A DNA stretch of 62,867 nt, the filler included, from Thraustochytrium aureum (Eukaryota): the NCBI GenBank assembly GCA_012862495.1. It is 5 parts of 3 records of this genome, joined end to end, with 100 filler letters (N's around TTAATTAATTAA, not from the genome) between each part and the next. Parts side by side here need not be neighbours in the genome. Positions count along the whole stretch, not along the records: positions 20,457 to 36,212 come from BLSG01000160.1; positions 36,313 to 55,081 come from BLSG01000160.1; 3 more parts are not named here. One strand, given 5' to 3'. Of the stretch, positions 32,559 to 43,396 are shown piece by piece. The notes beneath the pieces were generated by a model. It had not been told where the DNA came from, did not search any database, and was given only the letters and a program-made list of their open reading frames with translations. The stretch's first letter is position 1; every line of letters starts with the position of its first letter. A program made the position numbers and the translations under genes.

Positions 32559-34757
32559 TTAGCTGAACTGCGAAATAGTCGCCCTCGACTGCAGCGGCTG
32601 ATTCTCGCGCATCGTCATCTCCCGAAGCTGCTCGGACGACAGCGGACGTTCCGGCTCGTCCATGTCATCGCCTGGAGACCGGGGGTCGAAGCTGTCAAAG
32701 TCGTTCTCGTACAGCGAGGCACCGCCTCGACGCGAATCGTTGCTCGACTTGTCGGCGACGTGGCAGGCAGGGGCGTGCACCACGATCTTGCTGGAGCCCA
32801 TCGGATGCGTTGGGATGGGAAGGCCTGCGTTGGACAGCTGCACGCCCTTGAACGAGGAAAAGTTTTGCCCGCCCGTGCAATGCCGCCGATAGAGCTGAAT
32901 AATTTCGTTTGTCCGCTGCTCGACAACGCCAAGGTACAGCATGATGTTTTGCTCGTTGACGCTGTTCCCCAGGCGGCTCGCCAAGACGCTAACAACACGC
33001 TCGCGAGGGACGGTCGACGGCCTCTGCCCACGGCTCTGCAAAAAGGTTTTCTCCTGGTCGTCCAAGGCCGCCGGGCTGTGCCCATGTGGCGCCCCCGTGG
33101 GTTCTCCAGTCGGGGACTGGGCGTGACTGCCTGCCCGCCCGCGGTTCGGCGACCGTGGCTGGATCGAAGACTTGCCTGACTCGCGCGAGTTGAAACTGTT
33201 CTCCTCCAGAAGGGGGCTCTCAGCGACAGCGACCTTGTTCAGGGCGCGCACGGAGGCGGCGGACTTTAGTGGGGGCGCGAGGCCGTTGCGGGTGCTCTCC
33301 CCGAGGCTGAGCGATGCGGCTGCAAACGTCGCCCCAACTTTGGCACGAAAGCCCTCGAGCCCTTGCATGGCGTCACAGCCGATGCGAAAGAACAGGTTTT
33401 CCGTGGCTTGGGATATCCCTTCAAGAATCTGCTCATTCTCCCGAACCTCACTCTCAACATCCCTGACTTGCTGTTTGCAGCGCTCCAGACGGGTGCCCAG
33501 TTCTGTCACAATGCGCTCGCGGTTTCCTTCGTTTTGGCCCAGCTCCTTCTTGTACTTGTCCATTTCATCCTCGAGGCGGCGGAGCTGCTCCTCGTCGCGT
33601 TCTGCGTCGCGGTTGATATGCTGAATGTGGTTGAACAGGGCAAAGTTGCTGTCCTCATTTCGGACAAACCTGTCCACAATCTCGTTGATGTCGCGAATCT
33701 CGGCGCTTCTGTAGAGCGTCTCAAAGGCCTCTTCGTAGGATTGCATGTTCTTCTCGGTCTTGGAGATCGTCTGCTCTTGCTTGGAAAGCTCAACCGTGAG
33801 CTCCATCAGCTTTGATTTGAGCTCGGCTTCTTCAAGTTCGTCTAGCTGGCCGCTCGCCAGTCTCTCCGCCAGCTCGCGCTCGCGCCGCTTGAGCGCAGTC
33901 TGCTGCACGTAAGAGGACATTTGCGCCTGCTCCGCAACCAGGTTGTCGAGCATGGAAAACTCGCGGGCAAACTCCTCCGCCTCGGCCTCGGACGTCGCCC
34001 GAATCTCGTCCAAGCGCTGCAAGGCAAGCTGCCGCTCTTGGTAGAAAACGTTGCTCTGCTCGAGCATGCGCGCCATGTCGCGCTGCTTGGCCTTAAACTC
34101 GCGTTGCAGCTTTTTGTAGCTCCGCTCGAACGTCAGTCGCTCGAGCCGCATTCCGTTGATTTCCTCGACCAGCTTGTTGTTCCCTGCGTCAACTTCGCAG
34201 CTGCGGACGTTGAGCTTGTCGAGTCTGTTCTCGAGGATGCGCACCTGCTTGGCGATGTTGCTTTGCACGATCTTTAGCGCCTTGACGCCACCCATCTGCC
34301 TGCGCTTGCGCTTCTCGTCGACCATCTTGCTCCGAATGCTCTCTACAGCTCGGTTCTGCTTGATCAGCTCGATCTCGAGAAGGTCTGCTTTGCGCGCAAG
34401 CTTGTCGACCGCAGCCTGCCGCTCCTCAAGCGTGCGCTCGCGCGTCGCCTTGGCCGCGGGGGCGGGCGGGCGGCTTTTACCAGGTGGCTTGGTCAGCCCG
34501 AGCATGCCAGGAGCGAATCGAAAGCACAGGTCGCGCTCGACACGCTCGTCATCGTCGTCGTCCAAGTGAAGCAGAGCGCCTTTTCCTTTGCCCTTGCCCT
34601 TTCGCTTGGTCTTCTTTGGGAGCCCGCCCGCTCGCTTGCGCTTTTGCTCAAGGGTCGAGGTCCCGGGCCTGTTCATGGACAAATGACTCAGGTCCCACGT
34701 GGCTTCGGCTCCAGCAGAGCCCATGCCAAGCACCTGGCCTGCCGTCTTGGGCCTCAT
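32559..34757 (-). CDS. CCDC114: Outer dynein arm docking complex subunit (ODAD1/CCDC114/DC2-like coiled-coil protein)
   Basis: MGGV, QVRILENRLDK, N.KL.EEIN.MR.ER..F, YEEAF, FV.NED.NFALFN.I, NIMLYLGVVEQRTNEII. Start taken at ATG 34757. Confidence 0.85.
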   Translation of the reverse strand: MRPKTAGQVLGMGSAGAEATWDLSHLSMNRPGTSTLEQKRKRAGGLPKKTKRKGKGKGKGALLHLDDDDDERVERDLCFRFAPGMLGLTKPPGKSRPPAPAAKATRERTLEERQAAVDKLARKADLLEIELIKQNRAVESIRSKMVDEKRKRRQMGGVKALKIVQSNIAKQVRILENRLDKLNVRSCEVDAGNNKLVEEINGMRLERLTFERSYKKLQREFKAKQRDMARMLEQSNVFYQERQLALQRLDEIRATSEAEAEEFAREFSMLDNLVAEQAQMSSYVQQTALKRRERELAERLASGQLDELEEAELKSKLMELTVELSKQEQTISKTEKNMQSYEEAFETLYRSAEIRDINEIVDRFVRNEDSNFALFNHIQHINRDAERDEEQLRRLEDEMDKYKKELGQNEGNRERIVTELGTRLERCKQQVRDVESEVRENEQILEGISQATENLFFRIGCDAMQGLEGFRAKVGATFAAASLSLGESTRNGLAPPLKSAASVRALNKVAVAESPLLEENSFNSRESGKSSIQPRSPNRGRAGSHAQSPTGEPTGAPHGHSPAALDDQEKTFLQSRGQRPSTVPRERVVSVLASRLGNSVNEQNIMLYLGVVEQRTNEIIQLYRRHCTGGQNFSSFKGVQLSNAGLPIPTHPMGSSKIVVHAPACHVADKSSNDSRRGGASLYENDFDSFDPRSPGDDMDEPERPLSSEQLREMTMRENQPLQSRATISQFS

Positions 34758-34949
34758 GATGACCCGTACTCGGTGTGCTCGGCCGCGACTCGCTCGCCGC
34801 TCCGCAACGCCGACAGCCCGCCGCGGCGAGCGCCGCTTCAAACGCGCCGCGCGAGTCTGGCCCCGACTGCACCAAGGCCAGCCAGCCGGCCCGCCAACCA
34901 GCCAGCAAGTCTTTTTTCGCGCCGCTCCTCGACGTTCGAGCCCCCGCTA

Positions 34950-35112
34950 CAGATGCGCAGACCACTGAGGTCGCCGCCCCGACCGCAGAAGCGCAGGCCG
35001 CGTAGGTCAACGCCCCGATCGCAAATGCGCAGGCCACTGGGGCCAACGATGCGCAGGCCACAGAGGTCGACGCCCCGATCGCAAAGGCGCAGGCCACTGA
35101 GTTCAACGCCCC
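34950..35112. repeat. Degenerate 36-bp tandem repeat (about 4.5 units)
   Basis: Recurrent GCGCAGGCCAC.GAGGTC.ACGCCCCGATCGCA units. Confidence 0.7.
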
Positions 35113-35825
35113 GTCGATGCTGTGCCCGCAGTCGACCTGGCGCTCGAGTGCGTTGTTGGCGAGCTCGACACGCAGGCCAGTCTCCGCCCGTGAAGCCGTT
35201 GGTGCGCCAATGGGGTGCGCGAGGTGGGGGCACAATGCGAGGCTCCTCTGGGTCAACGGCACGGTGTTCGGCTGCTCTATCCGGCTGAACGGCGCGCGGC
35301 ATCGCCGGATTCGACCGCATTCTCGCACCACGAAGTGTCCGTTAGGGCCGTTGACTGCGTGGCGCTCGCTGGCTCAGGTCGGCGTGCTCGTTCGTTCGCT
35401 CGCCGTGTCGATGCTGGTGCAGGACTCTCCCTGGAGAGAGAGATGGACGAGCGAGGGCTCCTGGGGTGCACGGGGCTGTCGGGCATGCATGCATTCATAC
35501 GCGTTGTGCATGGATGATGGATGCGGCGGTGGATGCTGCTACGCGCGCCGTGTCTTTGCGCGTGCGGGAGCGGGGCCTGCTTGTCGCGCGACGGAGGCCG
35601 CGTGCTGATGAGCCCTCTGACCAGTCAGTCCCAAAGAAACCGGGCTGACAACCAAGAGTCTGGAGATGGCGAATAGCCTCGCGAATAATGGCCTGGAGAT
35701 GTTGACTCGAAACGTCCGCGACACACTTGTTGACGATCGCCCGCGGATCGAAGATGGTTGCGCCGAGCAGAGCAACCTCTTGGTGGAGCTGCTGGAGATA
35801 GAGAAATGGAGGAATCCTGCGTGCG

Positions 35826-35921
35826 TTTGTTGTTGTTTTGGTTGTGGTCTTGGTTGTCGTGATTGTTGGTGTGGTTGTTGTAGTGCTGGTTGCGGTTGTC
35901 GTTGTTGTCGTGATTGTTGCT
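35826..35921. repeat. Degenerate (TTG/GTT)n microsatellite
   Basis: Directly visible; it generates spurious Cys-, Thr- and Gln-rich ORFs. Confidence 0.8.
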
Positions 35922-36212
35922 GTGCAACTCGCGGCGGGCGCCGAGTGGGTTGCCGCGAGACTGGCGTCCTTGCAAGACTTTGTAAAAGATAGGTAATAGC
36001 TGATTTGTTGACACAGGTACTCACTTGAGTACAGAACAACGAGGCTGTGATCAGCAGCGGTGAAAAGGTGGAATGGCCGCCAAGCCAACCAAGCTGGCGA
36101 CCGTCGCTGCTCCTGACTACGACACCGGAGGCGCACTGAGGTGAAAAGGAGACACGCACGCTCATGTGCAGAAATGCCAGCGGGCTGCACGCCACAGCAA
36201 ACTGATCCGCGC

Positions 36213-36312
36213 NNNNNNNNNNNNNNNNNNNNNNNNNNNNNNNNNNNNNNNNNNNNTTAATTAATTAANNNNNNNNNNNNNNNNNNNNNNNNNNNNNNNN
36301 NNNNNNNNNNNN
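36213..36312. other. Artificial assembly linker N44-TTAATTAATTAA-N44
   Basis: Same 100-bp spacer as at 20357. Confidence 0.97.
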
Positions 36313-38100
36313 CGATCCTGCTGGCACGAACGGCAAACTTGTATCACAAGCTCGAATGCCTCCAAACGTCGTAAAGGCTGGCTGTTTGAGGGAAGGGCTA
36401 ATCCCGCAGACGGGTCGAAGGGACCAAAGCAATATTGTGCCCGTTGCGTTTCGAGTCCTGGGTTGCTTCCACGTTGCCGCCCAGCAAGACCACGGACAAC
36501 GAATACCTGCTACTTCCTGGCCTGCGGTTCTCGGGAAGGAAATTGGGGTCCTGCAAGCCACAAAAGCCCCAAGCGCGTCATTTCGCTCCCAACCCAACTC
36601 GCGCGCAGCGACGAGCGGTGAATTGGCGCCATAGCAACAGCGCACTTTGCCAAGGATGGAATCAGTTTCGTGCTGTCAATCACAGTCCAAACATCTGCGA
36701 GCACAAATGGCAAGCCGTCGCGGCTGCTCGCTCGTACACTACCTTACGCAAAAAGGTGAGCAAGGTAAGTACGTACAGCTTTCGCACAAAACCACGTGCA
36801 AGTCCCATTTGCACCAGCAGCCGCAGGTAAAGTAGCAACCCACACGAGGCGCTGAACGCTCGTGTCCGAAGCAACGCCTTGGTTTGACACCTCCCCAATC
36901 CGGGCGCCCCCCGAGCGCAAAGGTTCCTTCCCCTCCTTGAGGACGTTGACGCCTCCGACCTCGACAGCCCCTCGCAAAATGGGTGGCACGTTCAGGCCGC
37001 GTGCTGCTCGCGCCTCGGCAGATTGAGTATACTCTACAACGTGGAGTAGTGGGCGGCGCAGTGCTCGAGGAGCGAGGGAGACTCCGCGGAGAGCAGCGAG
37101 TCGAGAGCATCGCTGTCGAGAGGCTGGCAACGATTTGTGCTGGCCGAGTTGATCCCTGAATTCGAGGTACAAAAATAGAGGTCGCACAACTCAGACCCCA
37201 AAAACCGACTTGCCAACAGTGCTCGGGCGAGCCGACCAGCCAGGCCAGGCGCCCTCCCTCGTTCCTGGCCAGATCATGTCGCCGCACATGGGAGAAAAGG
37301 CAGCGTCATTCGGCCACGCGGTGCCGGCGTGAAAGGCGCGAGCAGCAGAGCTTGACTTTGTGGCAAAGTTTGTGCTCTGATGAATCGTGTTGCTGATCCG
37401 AACACAATCTACATCGATCCGAGCAGCGCCATTGCAGGCAGCGGCGAGGAGTGACGCGGGATGGGCCTTCTTCTGATGAAGAAGCTGCGGCGCGCGAGTT
37501 GGTGATGTGATGCAGTCGAGGCCGCCTGCTCGTCTGAGACGACCCATCTTCGAGGGCGCGCGAAGCACTCTACTCTTCATGGCTGATCATGACAGTGTGA
37601 GTACCTAGTAGGTAGATACAGAGCAAGCGCTAGCTAGTACCTCGCAGCGACGGCTCCTGTCGTGAGCGAGCGCCGGATTCGCTGAGCACAAAACTCAACG
37701 TGAGAAGAAGGACGGTCTGCGTTCAACGTCCGACGAAAAGATGAACGCGCAGGCTCAGGACAAAGTCCAAGGCGTGGCTTGCGGTGTGTTGGCCCAAGTC
37801 CATCCTACTGGAGGTCCACTTGTGGTCGGCTCGAGCGTGTCGACTCGTGGACACAAACACTGATCATCATGGTTCATGTGGCGACTTCAAGTTTGGCTTT
37901 TGGTCTTGATGCGAGCGTCCCACCACGCAGGGGTTCTTGCGGGGCATCGTGCGGACAGAGAGATCCTCCTTCATGGAGGCTGCGTTGCGGATCCTCCTCG
38001 GCTGTGGTTGCTGGATGCAAGAAGCAAGTCTGCCCCTGCGATGCGAAAGAACACAAAAACGATGATTGGAGAACCAGGCGTATTTTCAATCAAAAAAACT

Positions 38101-40293
38101 CTACAACGCCTCCTCGTCGGTCGACACCGCCCAAGGTATTTTCCACCCGCAATCTCCCCTGTGGCCGCTCTTCCGGTTGCCCGTTTGGACCGACCCCGAA
38201 TCCCATTAAAGCACTTGCACTTGCCCGTCTCGTAGTCGCAGATGCCGCGGCCAGAGCACGGGATGTTCTCCATCGTGCCCGTGTACGTTGGGACGCCGCC
38301 GAGCGCCGTCCCGTCGCCGGCAAGTTCCAGCGTTGGCGTGCCAGACGAGTGGGTCAGTGACACGCCAAACGACTGACCAAAGCCAAGCATCATCGGCACA
38401 TCGCCGAGCTGCTGCGTAAAGGTAACAGTGGCGACGTTCGAGCCGTCCGAGGTGCACAATGAAGTCCCCGAGGAGTAGGCTACTTCGACATCAGTGATAG
38501 AGTGGAGCGCAACCAGGGCTTCGCGCAGGTCGCTTGGGCCTGCATTGAACACGATTGGGTCGGTCATGTGCGTACGAAAGTAGAGGCGCAAGGAGCCGCC
38601 GGTGGCGGTGCAGCGCACAGCCTGAACCTCGTGAACCTGCAAGTCGTTGGCTTCCCAGCCCGTCTCGGGGTCGTCACCGGTGGGGCACGACTTCTTGGCG
38701 CAGTCGTGGCCTTCCCACCCTTCGTCACACATGCACCCGTGGACCATGTCGTGGTCCCAGCGGTTCGGGTCGTTCGGGACATCGCCATACGTCACAGGCG
38801 CAAACTCGCCGTTCACGATCGCATTGCTGGCTAGGTCCGCCATGGTCAAGCAGGTTCCGTGGCCACTGCACGACGTGGAGACACCTGGGCACTCCATCTG
38901 GTCGCACGCCGCTCCCGTGTATCCGATGTGGCAGCGGCACTCGCCAGTGGTGGCGTCGCAAATGCCCATGTTGGAGCACTCGACGAGTTGGTGCGCNNNN
39001 NNNNNNNNNNNNNNNNNNNNNNNNNNNNNNNNNNNNNNNNNNNNNNNNNNNNNNNNNNNNNNNNNNGCGGTCGTCTGCGATCGGATGGTCAAACCAAGCT
39101 TTCCCTGACGCGCACGTCCTCTGCGAGCAGTCGCCGCTAGCCCAGCCGACGCTGCAGGTGCACCTGTAGCTAGGGGCTTGGCTGCAGACCCCGTGGCCAC
39201 TGCAGCTGATAAGCCCAGGGCAAGCCTGAATCTCGGCGCTGTCGTAGCCGCAGTCGCCGCGGTTGCCCTCGGAACCGCGACCGTCGCTTGTAACGTAGTT
39301 GGTGAAGCACGAGCAGACGCCGGTAATCGTGTCGCAGCGGCCCCGGCGGGAGCAAAACGCGTTTTCCTTGGTACCAGTTACCGAAAACCGAGTGCCCCCC
39401 GTTGTGCCTGCAAGGGAATCCCCGTCCGTTACAATTTGGACCTGCACGCCACCACAGAGGTCCGTCTCGAGAGGGTTTGTGCATGTCGACGCGTGGGTCG
39501 ACTTGACAACGAGGCTCCCAACGTCGCCAAACTGCTCCAGGAACGTGATTGTGACCACCTGGTTGGCCGTGCTTTGGCAAATCCCTACGCCGCTTTCGCT
39601 AAAAGTCGCAGTAATGTCGCCGACTCCCGGGATGGCCTCGAGGATGGTCACGAAAGTGTCGAGCGTGGTCCCGACAGGGATGGGCTCGCTGGTATGCCCG
39701 CGAAACGCCAGCCTAAAGAAGCCGTTTGTGGCTGTGCACTGCAAGAGCTGTACCTCGTCCACCTGGCCTGTTGTCATGGGGTCGTCGCCGGAGGGGCAGT
39801 CGCGAAGCGAACAGTCGAAACCATGAAATCCCTGGTCGCACATGCAGCCAAATATCTTCTCGGCGTCCCATACACTCTCGTAAGTGTAGACCGTGCCGAG
39901 ACCCGGATCCTTGTACTTGGCGAAATGCTTCATGTCGACACAGCGGCCGCGGCCCCAGCAGCTGTTGGGGCACTTGCTCATGTCACAGGCGCGCCCCGTG
40001 TACTGCAGGTCACACACGCACTGGCCTGTCTCTCTGTCGCAGCGCCCGCGATTGGAGCACTCAACGAGGTTGTGCGCGACGTCGTCTGCCGTGGCGGCGT
40101 CGCTCCAGGCATTGCCCAGGGGGCACTTTCGCTGGGAGCAGTCGCCGCTCATCCAGCCTTCAAAACACGAGCACGTCGACCCGCTGCATATCCCGTTGCC
40201 CGAGCACCCGTTCGGGCACGGCCAGGTTTGGGTTTGCGCCGACGCGATGCTCAGTGAGCATGCGAGCGCGGCTACCAGTGCGGCAGCCCGCAT
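38101..40293 (-). CDS. Secreted EGF-like/tenascin-like repeat protein of the stramenopile Sig/mastigoneme-like family
   Basis: Signal peptide MRAAALVAALACSLSIASA. Two ~350-aa modules, each with AW.D...AH.LVECSN.G.CD..TG.C.C, CP.GDDP.T, EVQ...CTAT.G..RL.FR, F.QQ.GDV and CS.RG.CD..TG.C.CF...RGDCG. Homopolymer frameshifts at 38180-38205; restored end GHRGDCGWKIPWAVSTDEEAL-TAG. Confidence 0.85.
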
Positions 40294-41623
40294 GGCAACT
40301 CTTCTTGGCGCGCTTCTGTCCTTGCGCCTTTTCTGGCCTCTTGATCTCTGCTAGCCTGCGGCGCTTCTTGCCCGCGCGTCGCTGTCTGCCCTTGCGGCTT
40401 GGCACGCCGTCGCCTGTTGTTTCGCGTTGGTTGCTTCGCCTCGACTTCAACCTCGGTGCCCTCGAGCCGGGGTGTCTGCCAAGCCACGTCTGGCCAAGCG
40501 CTGCCGCGATTTGTCTGTTGGAGCTGTTCTGATGAGAGCAGCGCTTGTCTCTTTGTCATTTCAATCAAGTGCATCCGTGCGAATTGCATAGCCTTGCGTG
40601 TCCGTTTGGTTGGCCAGACCATGGAGAACAAGGCAGCAGGGCCCTCGCCGCTTCTGTACAACGACAGGCAGGGCGCCTGCATCATGCGCCTCTGCGGCGT
40701 GAGAAGCAGAGTGAAGTAGAGTCGCCTCGCTCCTGCCCGGCGGAGGCAATGTGGGGCGGAGACTGTTTGTTTGTTTTTGTTTTGTTTCTCGAAGGGGTGC
40801 ACCTATCCGTTGCGCCTCGCTCGGCTTCTAACGCACGCAAATCCCGCTATTTGTTTAAAAATTAGAGCAACGTGGGCGAGTTGCGGGCGAGGGTGCGCTT
40901 TGTTGCGGACGGACTCGAGGAAGATCAAGTCCAGCCGCCATCGATGGTCCGTCCGTCCATCCATGGTGTTCTTGAACTCCATGTGGTTGGTGGTGTTACT
41001 CTACGTANNNNNNNNNNNNNNNNNNNNNNNNNNNNNNNNNNNNNNNNNNNNNNNNNNNNNNNNNNNNNNNNNNNNNNNNNNNNNNNNNNNNNNNNNNNNN
41101 NNNNNNNNNNNNNNNNNNNNNNNNNNNNNNNNNNNNNNNNNNNNNNNNNNNNNNNNNNNNNNNNNNNNNNNNNNNNNNNNNNNNNNNNNNNNNNNNNNNN
41201 NNNNNNNNNNNNNNNNNNNNNNNNNNNNNNNNNNNNNNNNNNNNNNNNNNNNNNNNNNNNNNNNNNNNNNNNNNNNNNNNNNNNNNNNNNNNNNNNNNNN
41301 TCATGTAAGTACTCCATTTCAGGGGTTGATTAGCTGCGGAGAAGACGCGATCGATGGTCCATCCATGGTGTTACTGGGTTAATTAACTGCGGAGAAGACA
41401 GCAGCAGCCTGTACCGGGGCATCTCTGCGCGCGACGGAGGCCGCATGCCGAACGCTCCCCCCGACGAGCCCCCCTGGAACCAGACTGACAACCGAATGTG
41501 CGAATTTGGCGAAGAGAGATCAGAATTCAGAGATCCATCAACAAGCTCTCTTTCGTGCTTTCTTTTCTTGAAAAGAAAGGGTGCCGGCGCGCAGCGTGCG
41601 GCAGCAGTTGCGAGCACCACCGC

Positions 41624-43396
41624 CTAGATGTCCGGCGAAAAGACGATCGGAAAGTGCGCGATGTTATTGAGCCCGCTTCGGAACTCGAATGTCTCGCCGC
41701 GACCGATAGGTCCCTTCTCGTCGCCCAGTACACACCAGCCTGAGGTCTGGCCCAACTTTTCGATCTCCGAGAGAATCTCGAAGGGGTCGTCCTTCTGGGC
41801 GATCGGAGCCTTGAACGCGGTGGCCGCGGCAGACCGGGAAACACGAAAGTCGGTGTTCTTCCGGTTCGAGTTGGTAAACTCATCCGCCGCCACACCCTTG
41901 CGCTCCACGCAAATATTGAAGTAAGGCTTTCCTCCGATCGTGCGATGGCACTTGAACATGGCTTGGATCCCCCCAAAAGCGACAATGCGTTCCACCGTCT
42001 CGAGCTTGATGGGGCACTGCTTGACGTTCTCATCGCTGCTCAATCGCAGTAGCCGAGTCGCATCTCCCGGGGTCTCGCCTTTCACCTCGGCAAACGAGCC
42101 GATTGGAAAGCCATCGACTCGTGCGTCATAAACTCTTGGGTAGGCCGGGTTTGGGAACTTGAACACGTCTCGGTCCTCCACGTCAAAGTTCTTGCATAGC
42201 TCCTCTGCAGAAAAGGTGTAATTCTCGTAGTCCGACTCTGGCCGAACCTGCTGCGCCGTGCCGGCTTTCGGGCCAACCGAATCGCAGACCCTCGTGGCGA
42301 GCTCCGGCTTTAGGATAAGAACGCGCGCAGAAGAGACGTGTTCACACTCGTCAATGGCTACGTCGATTGCAAAGAGGTCGTGAAAGCTGTACATTGTGCG
42401 CTGATACTGTTTCGTGATGTCTTCGCGCAACGGGATTTTGAACTTGTTTTTGTTGCGGTCCCCCTCATTCCCTGTTTGTTCCTTGAAAAAGCTAAGGACG
42501 TACGGATCACCAAACATGGCGCACTGCGTGTTGCAGGTGCACTGGCGCCCGTCGATACCTTCCGCCCCCTTGACCTTTGAGATGCGCTTGCAGGTCAACA
42601 CGTTGTCGCGGACCGCGTCCGGGCTGGCTTCCCCAAACTTTCCAGGGTCGGTGCACACGCCAAAGTCATAGTTGAAGAAGTTGGTCGACACTGGAATGGT
42701 ACGTGCCGACCGCGAAGCAAAGTCGTCGGAGCCCCCGTCATCTTGATCGTCCCCGGTGCCGAATCCAGCATCTTCGAGGGTTACGGTGATGTTGAGGTGG
42801 TTCACACCATGCCTCCTTTCGCACAACGAGCCAACTTTGAGCTTCACGTCTGGGACCTTGCTCCTCGTGCTGGCGGCAGAGTCGGAAAACAACTCCTGTG
42901 TAAACTCGATGTATTCGTACGGAGTGTTGCACTTGGAGACGTCGTGGATCAGGTCGCCGTTCACCCTTAGCTCCGTGACCCACTTCCGTCCCTTGACGGC
43001 CGAAACCTTGCCGGTGACCTTAACGCCTTCGTCTTCGCCATCGGTGTTGCCGTTTCCACCAGGCAGGGTCCAAATCTCGTATTCGACGTTAGCGGTGTCC
43101 ATTGTGTAGATGCTGCATTGGCTGAAGAATGGTGAGACGTGCGGGTCGCCCCAGATGTGGCACACGGCCTTGCACGTGCATCCCGGCTTAATCTCAGAGG
43201 TATTCTCACATTCGAGACTGCGCCCGTCGCGCCTTTTCTTGCGCCTGGACTCTTCCGGCCGGCACCTCCTGGGCTGCCTGTCGGCCTCGAGGTTGGCTTG
43301 AAGTAGTTGCTGCAGCTCGCTCCTCAGGGTCGAGGCGTGGGCCACGGCCGCGAGAAGCCCGAGCAGGGCGACGCACACGACTGCCAAGCGCTGCAT
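41624..43396 (-). CDS. Secreted Cys-rich protein with two vWF type D-like domains
   Basis: Signal peptide MQRLAVVCVALLGLLAAVAHA. Internal duplication CTCKAVCHIWGDPHVSPFF / CTCNTQCAMFGDPYVLSFF. Confidence 0.75.
   Translation of the reverse strand: MQRLAVVCVALLGLLAAVAHASTLRSELQQLLQANLEADRQPRRCRPEESRRKKRRDGRSLECENTSEIKPGCTCKAVCHIWGDPHVSPFFSQCSIYTMDTANVEYEIWTLPGGNGNTDGEDEGVKVTGKVSAVKGRKWVTELRVNGDLIHDVSKCNTPYEYIEFTQELFSDSAASTRSKVPDVKLKVGSLCERRHGVNHLNITVTLEDAGFGTGDDQDDGGSDDFASRSARTIPVSTNFFNYDFGVCTDPGKFGEASPDAVRDNVLTCKRISKVKGAEGIDGRQCTCNTQCAMFGDPYVLSFFKEQTGNEGDRNKNKFKIPLREDITKQYQRTMYSFHDLFAIDVAIDECEHVSSARVLILKPELATRVCDSVGPKAGTAQQVRPESDYENYTFSAEELCKNFDVEDRDVFKFPNPAYPRVYDARVDGFPIGSFAEVKGETPGDATRLLRLSSDENVKQCPIKLETVERIVAFGGIQAMFKCHRTIGGKPYFNICVERKGVAADEFTNSNRKNTDFRVSRSAAATAFKAPIAQKDDPFEILSEIEKLGQTSGWCVLGDEKGPIGRGETFEFRSGLNNIAHFPIVFSPDI

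Noticed and set aside
35495..36195. Cys-rich metallothionein-like and Thr-rich mucin-like ORFs
   Set aside because: They are translations of a degenerate TTG microsatellite.
36313..37900. Gene-free lower-GC stretch as a possible transposon remnant or ncRNA
   Set aside because: No recognisable motifs, TIRs/LTRs or RNA structure could be identified by eye.
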